A stretch of 64,000 bases of DNA from Spizellomyces punctatus DAOM BR117 (taxonomy: Eukaryota). The translations under genes and the position numbers were made by a program. The stretch lies in the NCBI GenBank assembly GCA_000182565.2, contig KQ257457.1, one strand, 5' to 3'. Shown here one piece after another: positions 36,278-47,300 of this stretch (positions within the stretch are counted from its first letter, which is position 1; each line of letters opens with the position of its first letter). Under the pieces are notes generated by a model. It was not told where the DNA came from. It saw only the letters and a program-made list of their open reading frames with translations, and did no database searches.

Positions 36278-37964
36278 TACAGAACGTCAGGCAGAGGGAA
36301 TCACTTGCAACGCACAAAAGAGGGTAGGGTTGGGCAGTATGGATAGCATATAATCAATTGTATGGAGGAATGGCAATCGTTCAAAATAGAGCTCGTCGTT
36401 AACGAAAAGAACCGCGAGAATAGGCGACAAACTCCCTTTTATGTCGTCGAGGTATGTAACATTGGGCCAACCCTCTTTGTCATTCATTGATGGCTCAGGA
36501 AAATGTGTCCACATTTCCCCCCCACCCAACAGCTGCAAGTCAAAATTGATAAAGGACGCAAGAAGACGAAAAAAGCACACTACATCTCGGAGTGAAGTAC
36601 AAGATTCTATAAACCAAAAAGGTTGTCAACAAAAAAAAAAGCCTCATTCACAAAAAAGGGACCGATCACATCGAGAGAGAGAGAGAGAGCATGCGAGGGA
36701 AGGAGAGAAGAGAAGGAGAAGGAAGCGGCTGCTCAGCCCCTGTGTACAACTGAGTTCCTACTTCTTGCCACCGTTTGCCCGCCTTTGGATGACGACCACC
36801 AGGGGGAGGTTAAGGGGGAAACCGCCAGGGACAAGCTGCCACAAGCAAAACTACTTTTTTTTCTTTCTTTTGGTTTCCTTTTCGCACTTAGATGATGATT
36901 GGGGCAAGCGTATCGTGCCATAATAAACCGATGTCCGAACGACAAACAAACGACGCGACGACATGTGCACTGTACGATTGAACACTCTTCCCGAATGCGG
37001 TATATGAACGGGAGGGACACGACTACTATTCCGGATTTGAATCATTGCCAACAAAACACAAACATTACCCCCTTGCTGGCTGGCTGGGCGTACGTAGAAA
37101 ATAACGACGGACACTTGCCGATATGAAAGGTTTTAGTGGCCCCCATGCCATTCATCGTTCCTGACTGTATGGGGCAGCGGCTGCCAAGCGGATGCCAAGA
37201 CCCGTTCTCCCGTGGAGAAAGTAGGGCTTTGAACAAGGATGATTGGGCATGGTGTCTCCCGCGCAAGACAGTCATTGGGCATTAGAATTAAGCATATGCA
37301 GGTGTTCATGGAACCTAATCCTTTCGTCTCCCTAGGCCGACCTTGCTTGTAATATCATATTACAAGCCCCGTTTGATGACGGAGATGGCCAAGTGTGCAA
37401 TGCGGGTGTTTACGGTCATCATGGCAACCCTGCTCTACATGCCTGTTTTGTCAGATACTCTGATGCTGACTGAGCAAGGTTAGGGTCCTGAGGGACAATC
37501 GATATTGAATGCGGGCTATTGAGTTTAGCGCACAATACATATACAGACTACTTGGGGCACCATCGTACCAAATTATTACAAACACAATGGTAAACAACTG
37601 TACAGTTTGGAATGTCTAAAGTGGCCAGTAGACATTTTGTTTCCAAATTGTGCTATTCCTGAGCTCTCAGTCAATTCGAAAATAGTACGCAGCTTCGGTT
37701 CTATAATCGCCCCTAGGTCACTATCCACGTTTTCCAAGTAAACAGTCAGCTATCCCGTTCCCCATGGTGATTCGCTAAACAATGCCCAATAACAGAGAAA
37801 ATAACATCCATGACAAAACACGTCAACACAATTTCACATAACCCTAGTTCTCGATTCAGGAGTAACTCTAAATTTAGGTATCCCGTAGACGGAAAAATGC
37901 TTCCAGATCTTCTGGGCGATCTCTGTCTTTTTCAGAGGATTGCAATCCTGAGGCAGGGTATCTT

Positions 37965-38225
37965 AACAATGCATGCAAACAAACCTTCGACCCTGCGTTT
38001 GTTTGACTTGTTCTTATTAAATCCAAATGGGATTTTTCCAAAACTGATGTCTACAGACCCCGATTGTGGGCTTCTGCGCGATCTCTGTGCTTCTTAGGGG
38101 ATTCCAGAGTCAGTATCCCAACAATGCATGCAAACAAAGCTTCGACCCTGCGTTTGTTTGACTTATTCTTATCAACTTCAAATGGGATTTTCGAATGTGA
38201 TGTCTCCAGACCCCGATTGTGGGCA
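37965..38225. repeat. Imperfect tandem duplication, ~105-nt homologous block at ~154-nt spacing
   Basis: acaatgcatgcaaacaaa.cttcgaccctgcgtttgtttgactt...gaccccgattgtgggc occurs at ~37966-38071 and ~38121-38224. Confidence 0.85.
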
Positions 38226-38366
38226 GATTCAAAAGCTCCACATCAAGAACCCGCAGGTGTATATGAACCCTGGAGTTTTTGGTTTTCCCCTCCGCCATCA
38301 CGTCCTACGTAGAAAGCATCGCATTACACTTGTTTCTCCCTGTATTCCGCTCCAGATCTAGCAATC

Positions 38367-39777
38367 ATGGACAAAGTTGATGACTTTTCGGGTATGCTTT
38401 TCATGTTCAAGGTGTGTGAGTTATCTGGAATCATTCGTCCAGCGAATATCTGCCCTTGCCAGATACTGACGGTTACCCAATTGAATCATAATTCGGATAG
38501 TTTGCCTATCATGTCGAAATAGGCATTTTAGCCTTGATGTTCGTCAAGGGAACTGCGTGTATGTATTCTTTGTAAACTTTAAATGTATCCCAATTCATTT
38601 ACCAGGCTACTTACCCTTTTACCGCTCTTGTTTACAGATTTGAAAAGGTCCAATAATACGTGGAACTGGCTCAACATTACCTTGATGGGCCACATCATTT
38701 TTGCAATCGTAGACTGCCTTCTGGTCTCGCTGTTTGCAGAGGGATGGGTTCACGATTGCAAGGCGTGGGCCCGGGCAGTTTATGCAATGTGGGTGCTGCA
38801 TTCGTGCATGTTGGATGGTGTTCTTTATGTCCGTGAGTACCGGTCCTTGAATTTCCTTTTCTTGCTTTGCTTTCGAGGATGCGAGACTTATGGATCTTTT
38901 TTTAAGGCGCTTGGTACATTAATTCAAAGACCAAGCTTCAACTGGTTGCATCGGTTGTGCTGACTGCATGTAAGTGTTCAAGATTTGCCATTGGTTAGCT
39001 GTTGGCAGCCATTCTAACGCACCATGCCAATTCCGAAATCTCTAGTGACGGGTATTTCGCGCATCACCGATCTCTTGTTGACTGTAGATACCTTTGTCCG
39101 TGTGCCGGTGCAATATGGTAGGTCAAGTGCCTAATTTGCTCAACGTACATCACTCGATTCTTAGTGCGTCCGTCAGGTCTCTGCTCCTCTGACTACGGAT
39201 GGGGTTCCATTTTTATTGCCCTCACCGGTATCGCGAACGATCTCCTACAACTCTACCTGTTCTGCATGCCAATCTATGCCGCCATTCGGTAGGGGAACTT
39301 GCAATTTCCTCCATGGCTGAGCTCGACTTTAACTGTATTAAAACATTGATCCCGCCTACTGCTCGTATGATCTATTAGACGCACTAAGGGAGTCCAAGGG
39401 TTTACAGAAACGGATGCGTACACCAGGATCCTTATGAAGACATCAATCCACATCCTCATCGCTGTCGTTTTCCAAATTTGCGCCGCCGTATACGGACAGA
39501 AAAACCAATTCTTTACGACCATCGTGTTTAGGTATAACCACAGCAACTATTGTTCTTACCAAGTGCAATGCTAAGACAGGTTTTCTATTGGGTTATCAGG
39601 GAACTCACAAACATCTTCCATATGCTCGGAGCTGTTGAAGTCCAGTTCAACACGCACAAGGAGACCACAGGGTCCAAAAGTTCGAACCCTACAAGGCAAA
39701 GTGCGGCCAGCGGTAAAAGCAACCCGAAGCCCGCTGTTTCCCCTACCGCCACGGCTGATATTGAATCATCCATTTGA
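38367..39777 (+). CDS. Multi-exon, multi-pass membrane protein (possibly 7TM receptor-like), family unknown
   Basis: Hydrophobic exons (WLNITLMGHIIFAIVDCLLVSLF..DCKAWARAVYAMWVLHSCMLDGVLY; NDLLQLYLFCMPIY; HILIAVVFQICAAV) separated by short GT-AG introns; Ser/Lys-rich tail. Exact exon boundaries uncertain. Confidence 0.55.
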
Positions 39778-41882
39778 GAAAATGGGTGCACGACTTGTGT
39801 CCGTTCTTGTTCTAGCGAGACCTGGGATCTCTTCCCCTCTTTGTTTCACTGTAGTCCTCTTCTTTTAGTTTAGTTTGCACGAATATATCTGCAAGTTTAT
39901 AGTGCAACTCGTTTCAATAATATCTGTCCGTCCATAAAGATCATCGCTTGGGGCAGGAGTCCAGCATCAAAATTCGACTTGCAGGTCACTAATTAGTCGA
40001 CACTGTCGCTGTATTGAGAACTAGACCTTTCTGCAGGACATTAGGAGGCTTCCGACACAATCCACGACACTAAGGAGTAGCAGAAGGCGCTATTGTGTAG
40101 AAGGGAGACTCACCGCTTCAGCTATCATGGTGGCATCCACAGAGTGACGATAGGTGGTAGCGTTTGCTGGGTTGCGATATTTTGTCATTTATTCTTTCGT
40201 AGCGCAAGTGGCTCTTACTAGGTGGAAGCTGCCCAGATTTGGAGGTAGGAGAGGATATAGCTTGCATAAATTAGCTAGAGTTGATTGATGATTCTGGTAT
40301 TCAAACCATAACCTTTCCAAGCGAGGTAGAAATTAGGGTTCCGAGAGGGTTGCATGATTTGTTTTAGCTAATATTTGTGGCTTCCAGTACTTAAAAGTAG
40401 CACTAATCCTAAATGCTCTGTGCTGCAAACCTATACCTTGCACTCTCTGAATTTGTTCAAGAAACAGATCAGACACCGCAGTTCTAGCAGTAGGGGGAGT
40501 AGTTGCAGGCACCACTTGTAATCCTATGCGTATTGTTGTCCTGCGATCTCGGTTCAGAAGATGACAGTGCTTTTGAATAAAGGAGAGAATCCCAGGTGAG
40601 TTTTTTTCATCTCCTTCGTACCGACTGCGTCCCCACCTGTAGAGAATTGTAAAAGGGTAAATGCCATACCAAGTCTTGGACACACTCATTAACGCCAAGC
40701 AGCCAACCATCAGTATATTCTCGTTATCCTCATGCCTCACGGCATTGGTAGAGCTGGTAGACGAAGAGAGCATTATCGACTATGAGGGAATGTGGAGTCC
40801 AGTGACGATGATGATGCCAAAAAGGAAGCATTGTCAATATGAGCAAAGGTTCACTTGCATAGAGATCTCTTTGTTCAATTAAAGCATTGACAAAAATGGA
40901 ATTGAACCAGGACCTCTAATCCAGCCCATGTTCGTGTATACAGACTATCGTTCGTTTCGCAGTATTTCCCCACCTTCTTCACCATAATCGCCCAGGTTGA
41001 GACTTGTTGTGTGCACGAGCGATCATCATCAGCGATGTATCAAGGGACCAGCGACAAAGTATAGAGCTTGTAATAAAAGACCAACAAAAAGTTGCATGTT
41101 TGAGTCCGTATGCGATGCTTGCGCATCAGCCGATGAATCCCTTCTGCACAATATATAGAGAATGGGTATGGAAAGATTGCGAACGGCCAGGGTTTAACTC
41201 TGTTTTAGTCAAATATAAAGGTGATTTGTCTGCTTCAACACTGCATTTTGCAAGAGCATGATTTTTAAGAGTCCCAAAGGACCTTCTGTGCACCCATAGC
41301 CGTTCCTTTTTGTCTTGACCTTCCGACCACGTAAGGTTGAAAGTTTGGAAATCTACCACTGGGCAATACGGTCTAACAGTACATTTCAACAGGCTCACCT
41401 TTGCGGTTCGGTACTTTCCATTGAATGTCATACGTAACTGACCTCCTTTAAGTACATTCACTTACGGGCGATGAACTTTTCATAGTTTACAAGGAGCTTA
41501 CGGCAATAATAAACCAATTAGCAAACAGTCCTCGTTCGAAGCGAACAGGGCTTACAGTCTGCGCTGGTTTTGCTCTTGATTTTAGCTCTGCAAAAATGAG
41601 AGAATCAATTCTGTCCTGAAAACGTTGCTATGGATGTTGACTTTGGCATCGCAATGAGATGGCAACAAACGAACTACAATGGACATGGTAGGAGAAGAAA
41701 ATGAGAGAGGCCGTCGCAATGGGAGTTCCCTCATTGGGCGGATTTGCTGGTTTGGCCAGGACTCTACTCAAAATGTCACTGCGTATGCGTACTCTGTCAC
41801 AACTCCATAATCGATTTCGGTAAAGACCTAACACCTTCTCATCAGAGTTCATCTTATTTCTAAAGATTTCTATTTACAGTCA

Positions 41883-44800
41883 TCAAGACTTTTTCTTTCC
41901 AGGACAGTTCTTTTTTAAATGTCCCACATCACCGCAAAGATAACACCTTTTCAGTCCACTTGAGCTGCGTTTGGTAGTAAGCGCTTGACCGCTGTTCACC
42001 GCCTTGCGCACTGGTACTAGCTGAAGATTCTGGTTACTGTCTATCTCTTGTTCAGCTTGCGGATGATGGGAGCTACTTGGAGGCTCTATGGATTTTTTTA
42101 CTTCAATCACGATATTCACATGGCCCTGTGAGACGGTCATAGGATCATTGTGCCTCTGCGTTCCCTTTTTATTCCGTTTTCCGCCCAGGTGCTCGTTGTT
42201 TGCCTGGATTGGTGTAGATCTTGTATTCCCTTTCTCTCTCGGTCGTTCACTTTGTGGTTGATTTCCTACTGGGGTCCGTGGTTTCGCCTTGGGCGTACTC
42301 GTGGTGGGAGGTGATAGCACAGGTCTTGGAGAGGAGGATATTTTCGTCATTTGCTCTTGTGATCCTTTCATCCGCACTGAATCTGCACGATTTGCGGTCT
42401 TGAAAGGTTTTGTCCCACTTCCTGCACCTTCGGGACGAGCTTTAGGTACTCGCTTCCCTTGTTGCCATGCCTTCCGTGATAATGGGACTCCTAAATCTTC
42501 ATCGTTTATGTTTCCTGACAGATGGAGCGGACGTGCCTGTTCTCTGACGGGAGGTTTGACGGGCGGTCTAGACTCTGTAAAAATGGGTGACCTGTCCCGC
42601 AGGTCACCAAGAACGGAGCGGAGATCTTGCACCATTAATTCCACATTGACAGGGCGTTCGCTGTCGGAAAACTGCCCGAAAACGCGGTTGGGGGCTAAAT
42701 TGCGTTTCTTTTCTTTGAGATGTGGCACTTGCTCAAAGACTTCAGCGATGACGGTGCGCACATTCTGCTGACTATCTTCTATCTGATGCAAGCATTTTAC
42801 TGCCCGTTGCATTTCTGTCACGACTTTCCCTGGATCCATTACCACACCTGTGCAGTTTCGGTCCAATTGGAAAGGATCTTCCACAATCAACTTCAAGCCA
42901 GGTTTTTTCATCCAATGCTCCAAGTCCGGCGTAACCGTGTCGAGCACTTTGCCAAGGCGCACCGAAACAATTCGATCCGGGCGATAGCGGAACTCCCAAC
43001 CGTAGAATCGCAAGAAGCCATAGAACAGAGATGCAACACCATCCTTACCGCACCAAATATCGGCAGAGGTAAGGGATGCGAATCGAGACACGTATGGTTT
43101 GAGACTGGGATGGGTAACGTCATCAAGGAACGCAACGTTGGCCATCAACATGTTCTGATTCATGGTGCCAATAATCTGCTCATCCTCTTCCATGCCAGTT
43201 CCGCCATCTTCCAATTGGTCTTCAACGCACTCCGTTTCCACCAGCTGTTCATCTTGAAGTTCATTCAGCTGTTCATCTTGAAGTCCACTATCCTCCACGC
43301 AATCGACCGCAGGGGTCTCGATGGAAAGAGTCTCCATATGCGATTGCAATTCATTGACTGACTGCTCTTCCGTAATGGTGACCTTATTGGTTTGGAGCTT
43401 TGCCCTCCAGGGCCTACCTTTTTCGGGTTTTCGTCGTGGCATCGATTGTTGCCTCGGGACCATCATAATGTTTTGAGGGCCATCGAACAATAGTTGTAGG
43501 GAAGGAATGATACCGCGTAGCTGAAGATAATTCAAGATCATCAAGGAGTATGCGTAGGAGCTTATTGTTGCTATTGAAACAGGAAGATAAACAAAATGGT
43601 CCAATATCCATGAGAGAGCGTTGGCAAAAGGGAGACTTCCATACCCACCTCCATCTGCTGAGTCATTGACATCCCGGTTTTTCGCCCACAGTTTAACAAG
43701 CATGATGAGAGGCTTCACCCGCGGGTCGATCTCAGTGTAGGTCTTTAATAGTCTTGAATTGTGCACTCCAAGGACATTTCCAAAGTTGATATCGCAATGC
43801 AATTCACTTTTGGGATCATAAAATTTGCATATCGGTACTCTTGCTCCTTGTACCGGTACCACCTGCTGCATTCCGTTGCGTCGCAAAACCCTGGCGAGAC
43901 GATACATGCTTGTCCACTCTTTCAGCTGCTTAGGGTCAAAATCATGCGATGCTGGGAGCTCCAAGGTCACATCGACGTCCGACGAAGCAAATCCGAGATT
44001 GTTAACGGATGAGCCAAATAATTGTGCTCGCAAGTTTACGAACTCTCCGTAGTTCCAATCCACGATATTCTGGAGCCGTCCAAGGAATCGATTGCGGATG
44101 TGAACCGCATTTGCGGGAGGGAGCAAGCTCTATACAAGGGTCAATTCGGTTTGCATTCTTTAATAATCTCGTTCTCCCAACGAACCTCACCTGGTACAGA
44201 GCTTGTAGAGTGGTACCCAGTGCGTGCAGATCTCCTGGAGAAAGCTCCGAGGTCGGTTCAGCAACAGGATCATTTAAATCCACGTATCTTCCCTCGCTCA
44301 ATGCTTTGGCCTTATCACTTTCGATGTCCCGTGCAATCCTAGCGATTTCAATTTGCTCGGATGTCACAGAGGTGATCGCCCCTTCTCGCTTTGCTCTTTC
44401 CCTTTGCTTTCGAGAAGAATTCTTGCCGACAATACTATCTAGAGCCTTATTACCAGGTTTCACCACCTTTAAGCTAGCTGTGTAGGGGGACTGTGTTGAA
44501 AGAGAAATACCCCAATATTCTCCTTCGAGGAACACGACAGGCCGAGCTTCCTTTAAAAACTTTCGAAAACTCCGACGCATCACAGACATGGACATTAGTG
44601 CAGTAATTACTTCATCTCTTGAGTATTTTGGTGCAGTTCCGTGAGGATCATCATCGGCTAGAAATTGGTCGTCTGCGCGATCTTTGGAGGTTCCAGATCC
44701 GTTTGATTCCTGGGCAGGTATACTCTTGTTCTCAATGAGCATATCTAATCCGTCTGGTCTCTTCTCCGACCGCTCATACGCTGTGGTGACCTCTGAACTA

Positions 44801-45024
44801 AGCTGCTCTATGGGCAACGTACGGTCAGGGTTGACAAACAAGGCGGCCGCTGAAAGTTGGAGTAAAAGGCCATCGAGAAGTCCCCGCAAATGGTCATACA
44901 ATCTTCCCCTCCTTCCTTTGCCGCGATGGTGGTCTTGGCGTCCAACATCAGAAGCGATAGCATGTCGTAATGAGTTTGCAGTGTCCTGATCTGGCTCTTT
45001 CGCATCCGGTTTCTGAGGTTCCAT
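41883..45024 (-). CDS. Non-canonical poly(A)/terminal uridylyl transferase (Cid1/TUT4-7-like) with C-terminal CCHC zinc knuckle
   Basis: LFGSSVNNLGFASSDVDV, ARVPICKF, CDINFGN.LGVHNSRLL, VKLWAK.RDVND, SSYAYSLMILNYLQ, IVEDPFQLDRN and CYLCGDVGHLKKNC; introns at ~44134-44191 and ~43572-43643. Confidence 0.9.
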
Positions 45025-45278
45025 CAAGTTGGAGCCCACCGCAATCAGCATATTACTCCATTCCCCAACTATGTACCGACTCCAAAATACACTATCAAGC
45101 GGTGAGCTCCAATCACAAGGTGGTTTTCGGGTAAAGATCAGCTTTGTTCCCACGGGGGAAGAGGCCAAATGCAGCGTGAGGTTCCAATAGTCCGATGTGT
45201 GTGGCACAGCCACGCATGATTTCGAATATTCGAAATGAAGCACAGAAGCTGGTCTTCCTCTGCCCACAAACGCAAATT

Positions 45279-46226
45279 ATGAACTTTATCACGAACCTCG
45301 TTTCGAACATTAGTGGGTCAGGCTCACAAGAACGGTTTCCATCCTCTATTCCCTTTACAGAAGACCCATGCAGCACCTGCGAGGAGCCATGCACAGCTCA
45401 CCCTCAGATACCTGCTTATCTCGCCAAGAAGATTGAAGGAGGAGAACTGGTGGGAACCATGAAGCCATATAAGCGCCATATTATGGTGCTAGAAGGCAGA
45501 TCAAAGGACTGGCAGGAGCGCCTGGAATTCAGCGACGGAATGGTAAAGGTCGTCGGCGGACAAGTTGACCAATGGGCCGGGAAGGCCGGCTACAGGACCA
45601 TAGTTACTGCGTGCGATCCGGTGGTAAATGAGAGCGTTGAAGACAGTACTAAAGAGGAAGAGCAGAAGAAAAGCCAAAAAGTGGAGAAGATGGCTCAAAT
45701 ATTTCTGTTTCCTGAACTCGTATCTGTTGATTTTGTCTCAGCTGCCGAGGCTCCTACACTTGTTAAATCCCTTTTGGTTGATAACCAAATTCCCGCAACT
45801 TTTCCGAATACACCACTTCCAGGACGAGCGTGGATATTCGTTTGCACACATAAGAAACGGGACAAGCGCTGTGGGGTGGCGGGACCACTACTGGTAGACG
45901 AGTTTCGGAAAGCTGTGGAGGAGATGGGATTGGTTGGGGAAGTATTTGTATATGGTTGCAGCCATTTCGGAGGTAAGTGCTTTGCACAAGTTGGACGTTC
46001 CACTTGCAAATGCAATGCTCACGAGATGGCAGGTCACAAGTATGCAGGAAACATTATCATTTATCATCGAAATCCGTCCGTGGATGGCAATTGGTATGGA
46101 CGAGTTCGATCATGTCACGTGCGCCCGATATTACAGACGACGGTGGTTGAGGGGAAGATTTTCAAGGAGCTGTGGAGGGGTGCCATGGATCGGAGCAGCG
46201 AGCACAACGAGCGCAAAGATTGGTGA
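45279..46226 (+). CDS. APD1: Sucrase/ferredoxin-like [2Fe-2S] protein (Apd1/Aim32 family)
   Basis: N-terminal CSTCEEPC, GTMKPYKRH, VCTHKKRDKRCG, SHFGG|HKYAGN across an intron at ~45973-46032, and WYGRV. Confidence 0.88.
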   Translation: MNFITNLVSNISGSGSQERFPSSIPFTEDPCSTCEEPCTAHPQIPAYLAKKIEGGELVGTMKPYKRHIMVLEGRSKDWQERLEFSDGMVKVVGGQVDQWAGKAGYRTIVTACDPVVNESVEDSTKEEEQKKSQKVEKMAQIFLFPELVSVDFVSAAEAPTLVKSLLVDNQIPATFPNTPLPGRAWIFVCTHKKRDKRCGVAGPLLVDEFRKAVEEMGLVGEVFVYGCSHFGGKCFAQVGRSTCKCNAHEMAGHKYAGNIIIYHRNPSVDGNWYGRVRSCHVRPILQTTVVEGKIFKELWRGAMDRSSEHNERKDW

Positions 46227-46387
46227 GCAACTAAAGAATGTAGAAATACCATTATATATATATATACGCTAAAGGATAGACGAGGAACACGTTACTATTC
46301 TCAACGAGTTTTTATAATACATATGCCTCCCTAATGCAAGACACACGCTCATTACTTGTCATCTACTTGACTATCTGGACCAACATC

Positions 46388-46756
46388 TCACGTCCGGGTA
46401 TAGGTGCCCTTTTTGCTTCCGGTCCCTTTCTGATTCGGTCCTCCCAACCTCTCGGTCTCAGTGGGTGCGGTCGAATGAGGGTCGCTGATCGGCGGGGGAA
46501 TGTCATCTTTTGCAGATGACTGTCGGTTACCCTTTGACTTTACATTGCTGGAAGTGGCCTCTTGTTGGTGCGCATTCTTGAAGCGCTGGGTATGCGTCTC
46601 CCCCACCTCCTCCTTTTGGTCTTTCGGGTGAAGGTCTTTGTTGCCGTATCCGGCCGCACTATAGTTCCTTGGCAGCACGGACGCCCATTGCCCATCGCCT
46701 CTAATCCCGCGCATCAACTCTGGCCGAGCAAAACGTAGACTCAACATGCGATACAT
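46388..46756 (-). CDS. Small hydrophilic protein with mitochondrial-presequence-like N-terminus
   Basis: Arg-rich MYRMLSLRFARPELMR..RNYS followed by a charged body; TATATAAA about 45 nt upstream on the minus strand. Confidence 0.55.
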   Translation of the reverse strand: MYRMLSLRFARPELMRGIRGDGQWASVLPRNYSAAGYGNKDLHPKDQKEEVGETHTQRFKNAHQQEATSSNVKSKGNRQSSAKDDIPPPISDPHSTAPTETERLGGPNQKGTGSKKGTYTRT

Positions 46757-47300
46757 GGTGGAAGAATAATCACACATACAAAAGACCTTACCCTTGCTTT
46801 ATATACTCCACCCATGCAAACCGTTGACATCATTATAATCTGCTGGCTGACGTAAGGCGACCGCGCGTCCAAGCGGATTGTTCATATAACTCTATTTGGA
46901 AAGAGACACGAAAGAGACCCCGTGATCTGTTACTATAGCAACAGAAATTGTCGCCATCGCCCATCAACAGTCAAAAGGGCCCTTTCCATCAACGGCTTTC
47001 TTTGGTCGCGTGGTTTTTCGGACTTTTGGACTTCAACGCTTTTCCATTTGTCGCTTTTTTTTTGTTTTCCATCTGCAGCATTTCTTTTGGCCTTTGGAAC
47101 TGGTTCTCGCAGAGAAAGCTTGCTACAGTACAGCTCTTTGCTCCCGGGAAATCATCTCATCCTTGGGTGGCACACACCCAACTCCAGCGCAGCATTGCAA
47201 TCAAAACAAAATAGCCTGATCGCACACCCATTTACCCTACACCCGTAGAATCCTCTTCTCCCGCTTGTATCTGTCTTGGGAACGGTCTCAACACTTGGAC

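Noticed and set aside
36620-36730. Basic/charged ORFs over GA-rich sequence upstream of the homeobox gene
   Set aside because: Low-complexity (GA)n and A-runs typical of a CT-rich 5' leader/promoter on the minus strand; not convincingly coding.
45053-45267. Apparent overlap of the TUTase ORF 5' extension with the Apd1 ORF
   Set aside because: Both extensions start from upstream, non-conserved codons; the likely ATGs (45024 and 45279) do not overlap.
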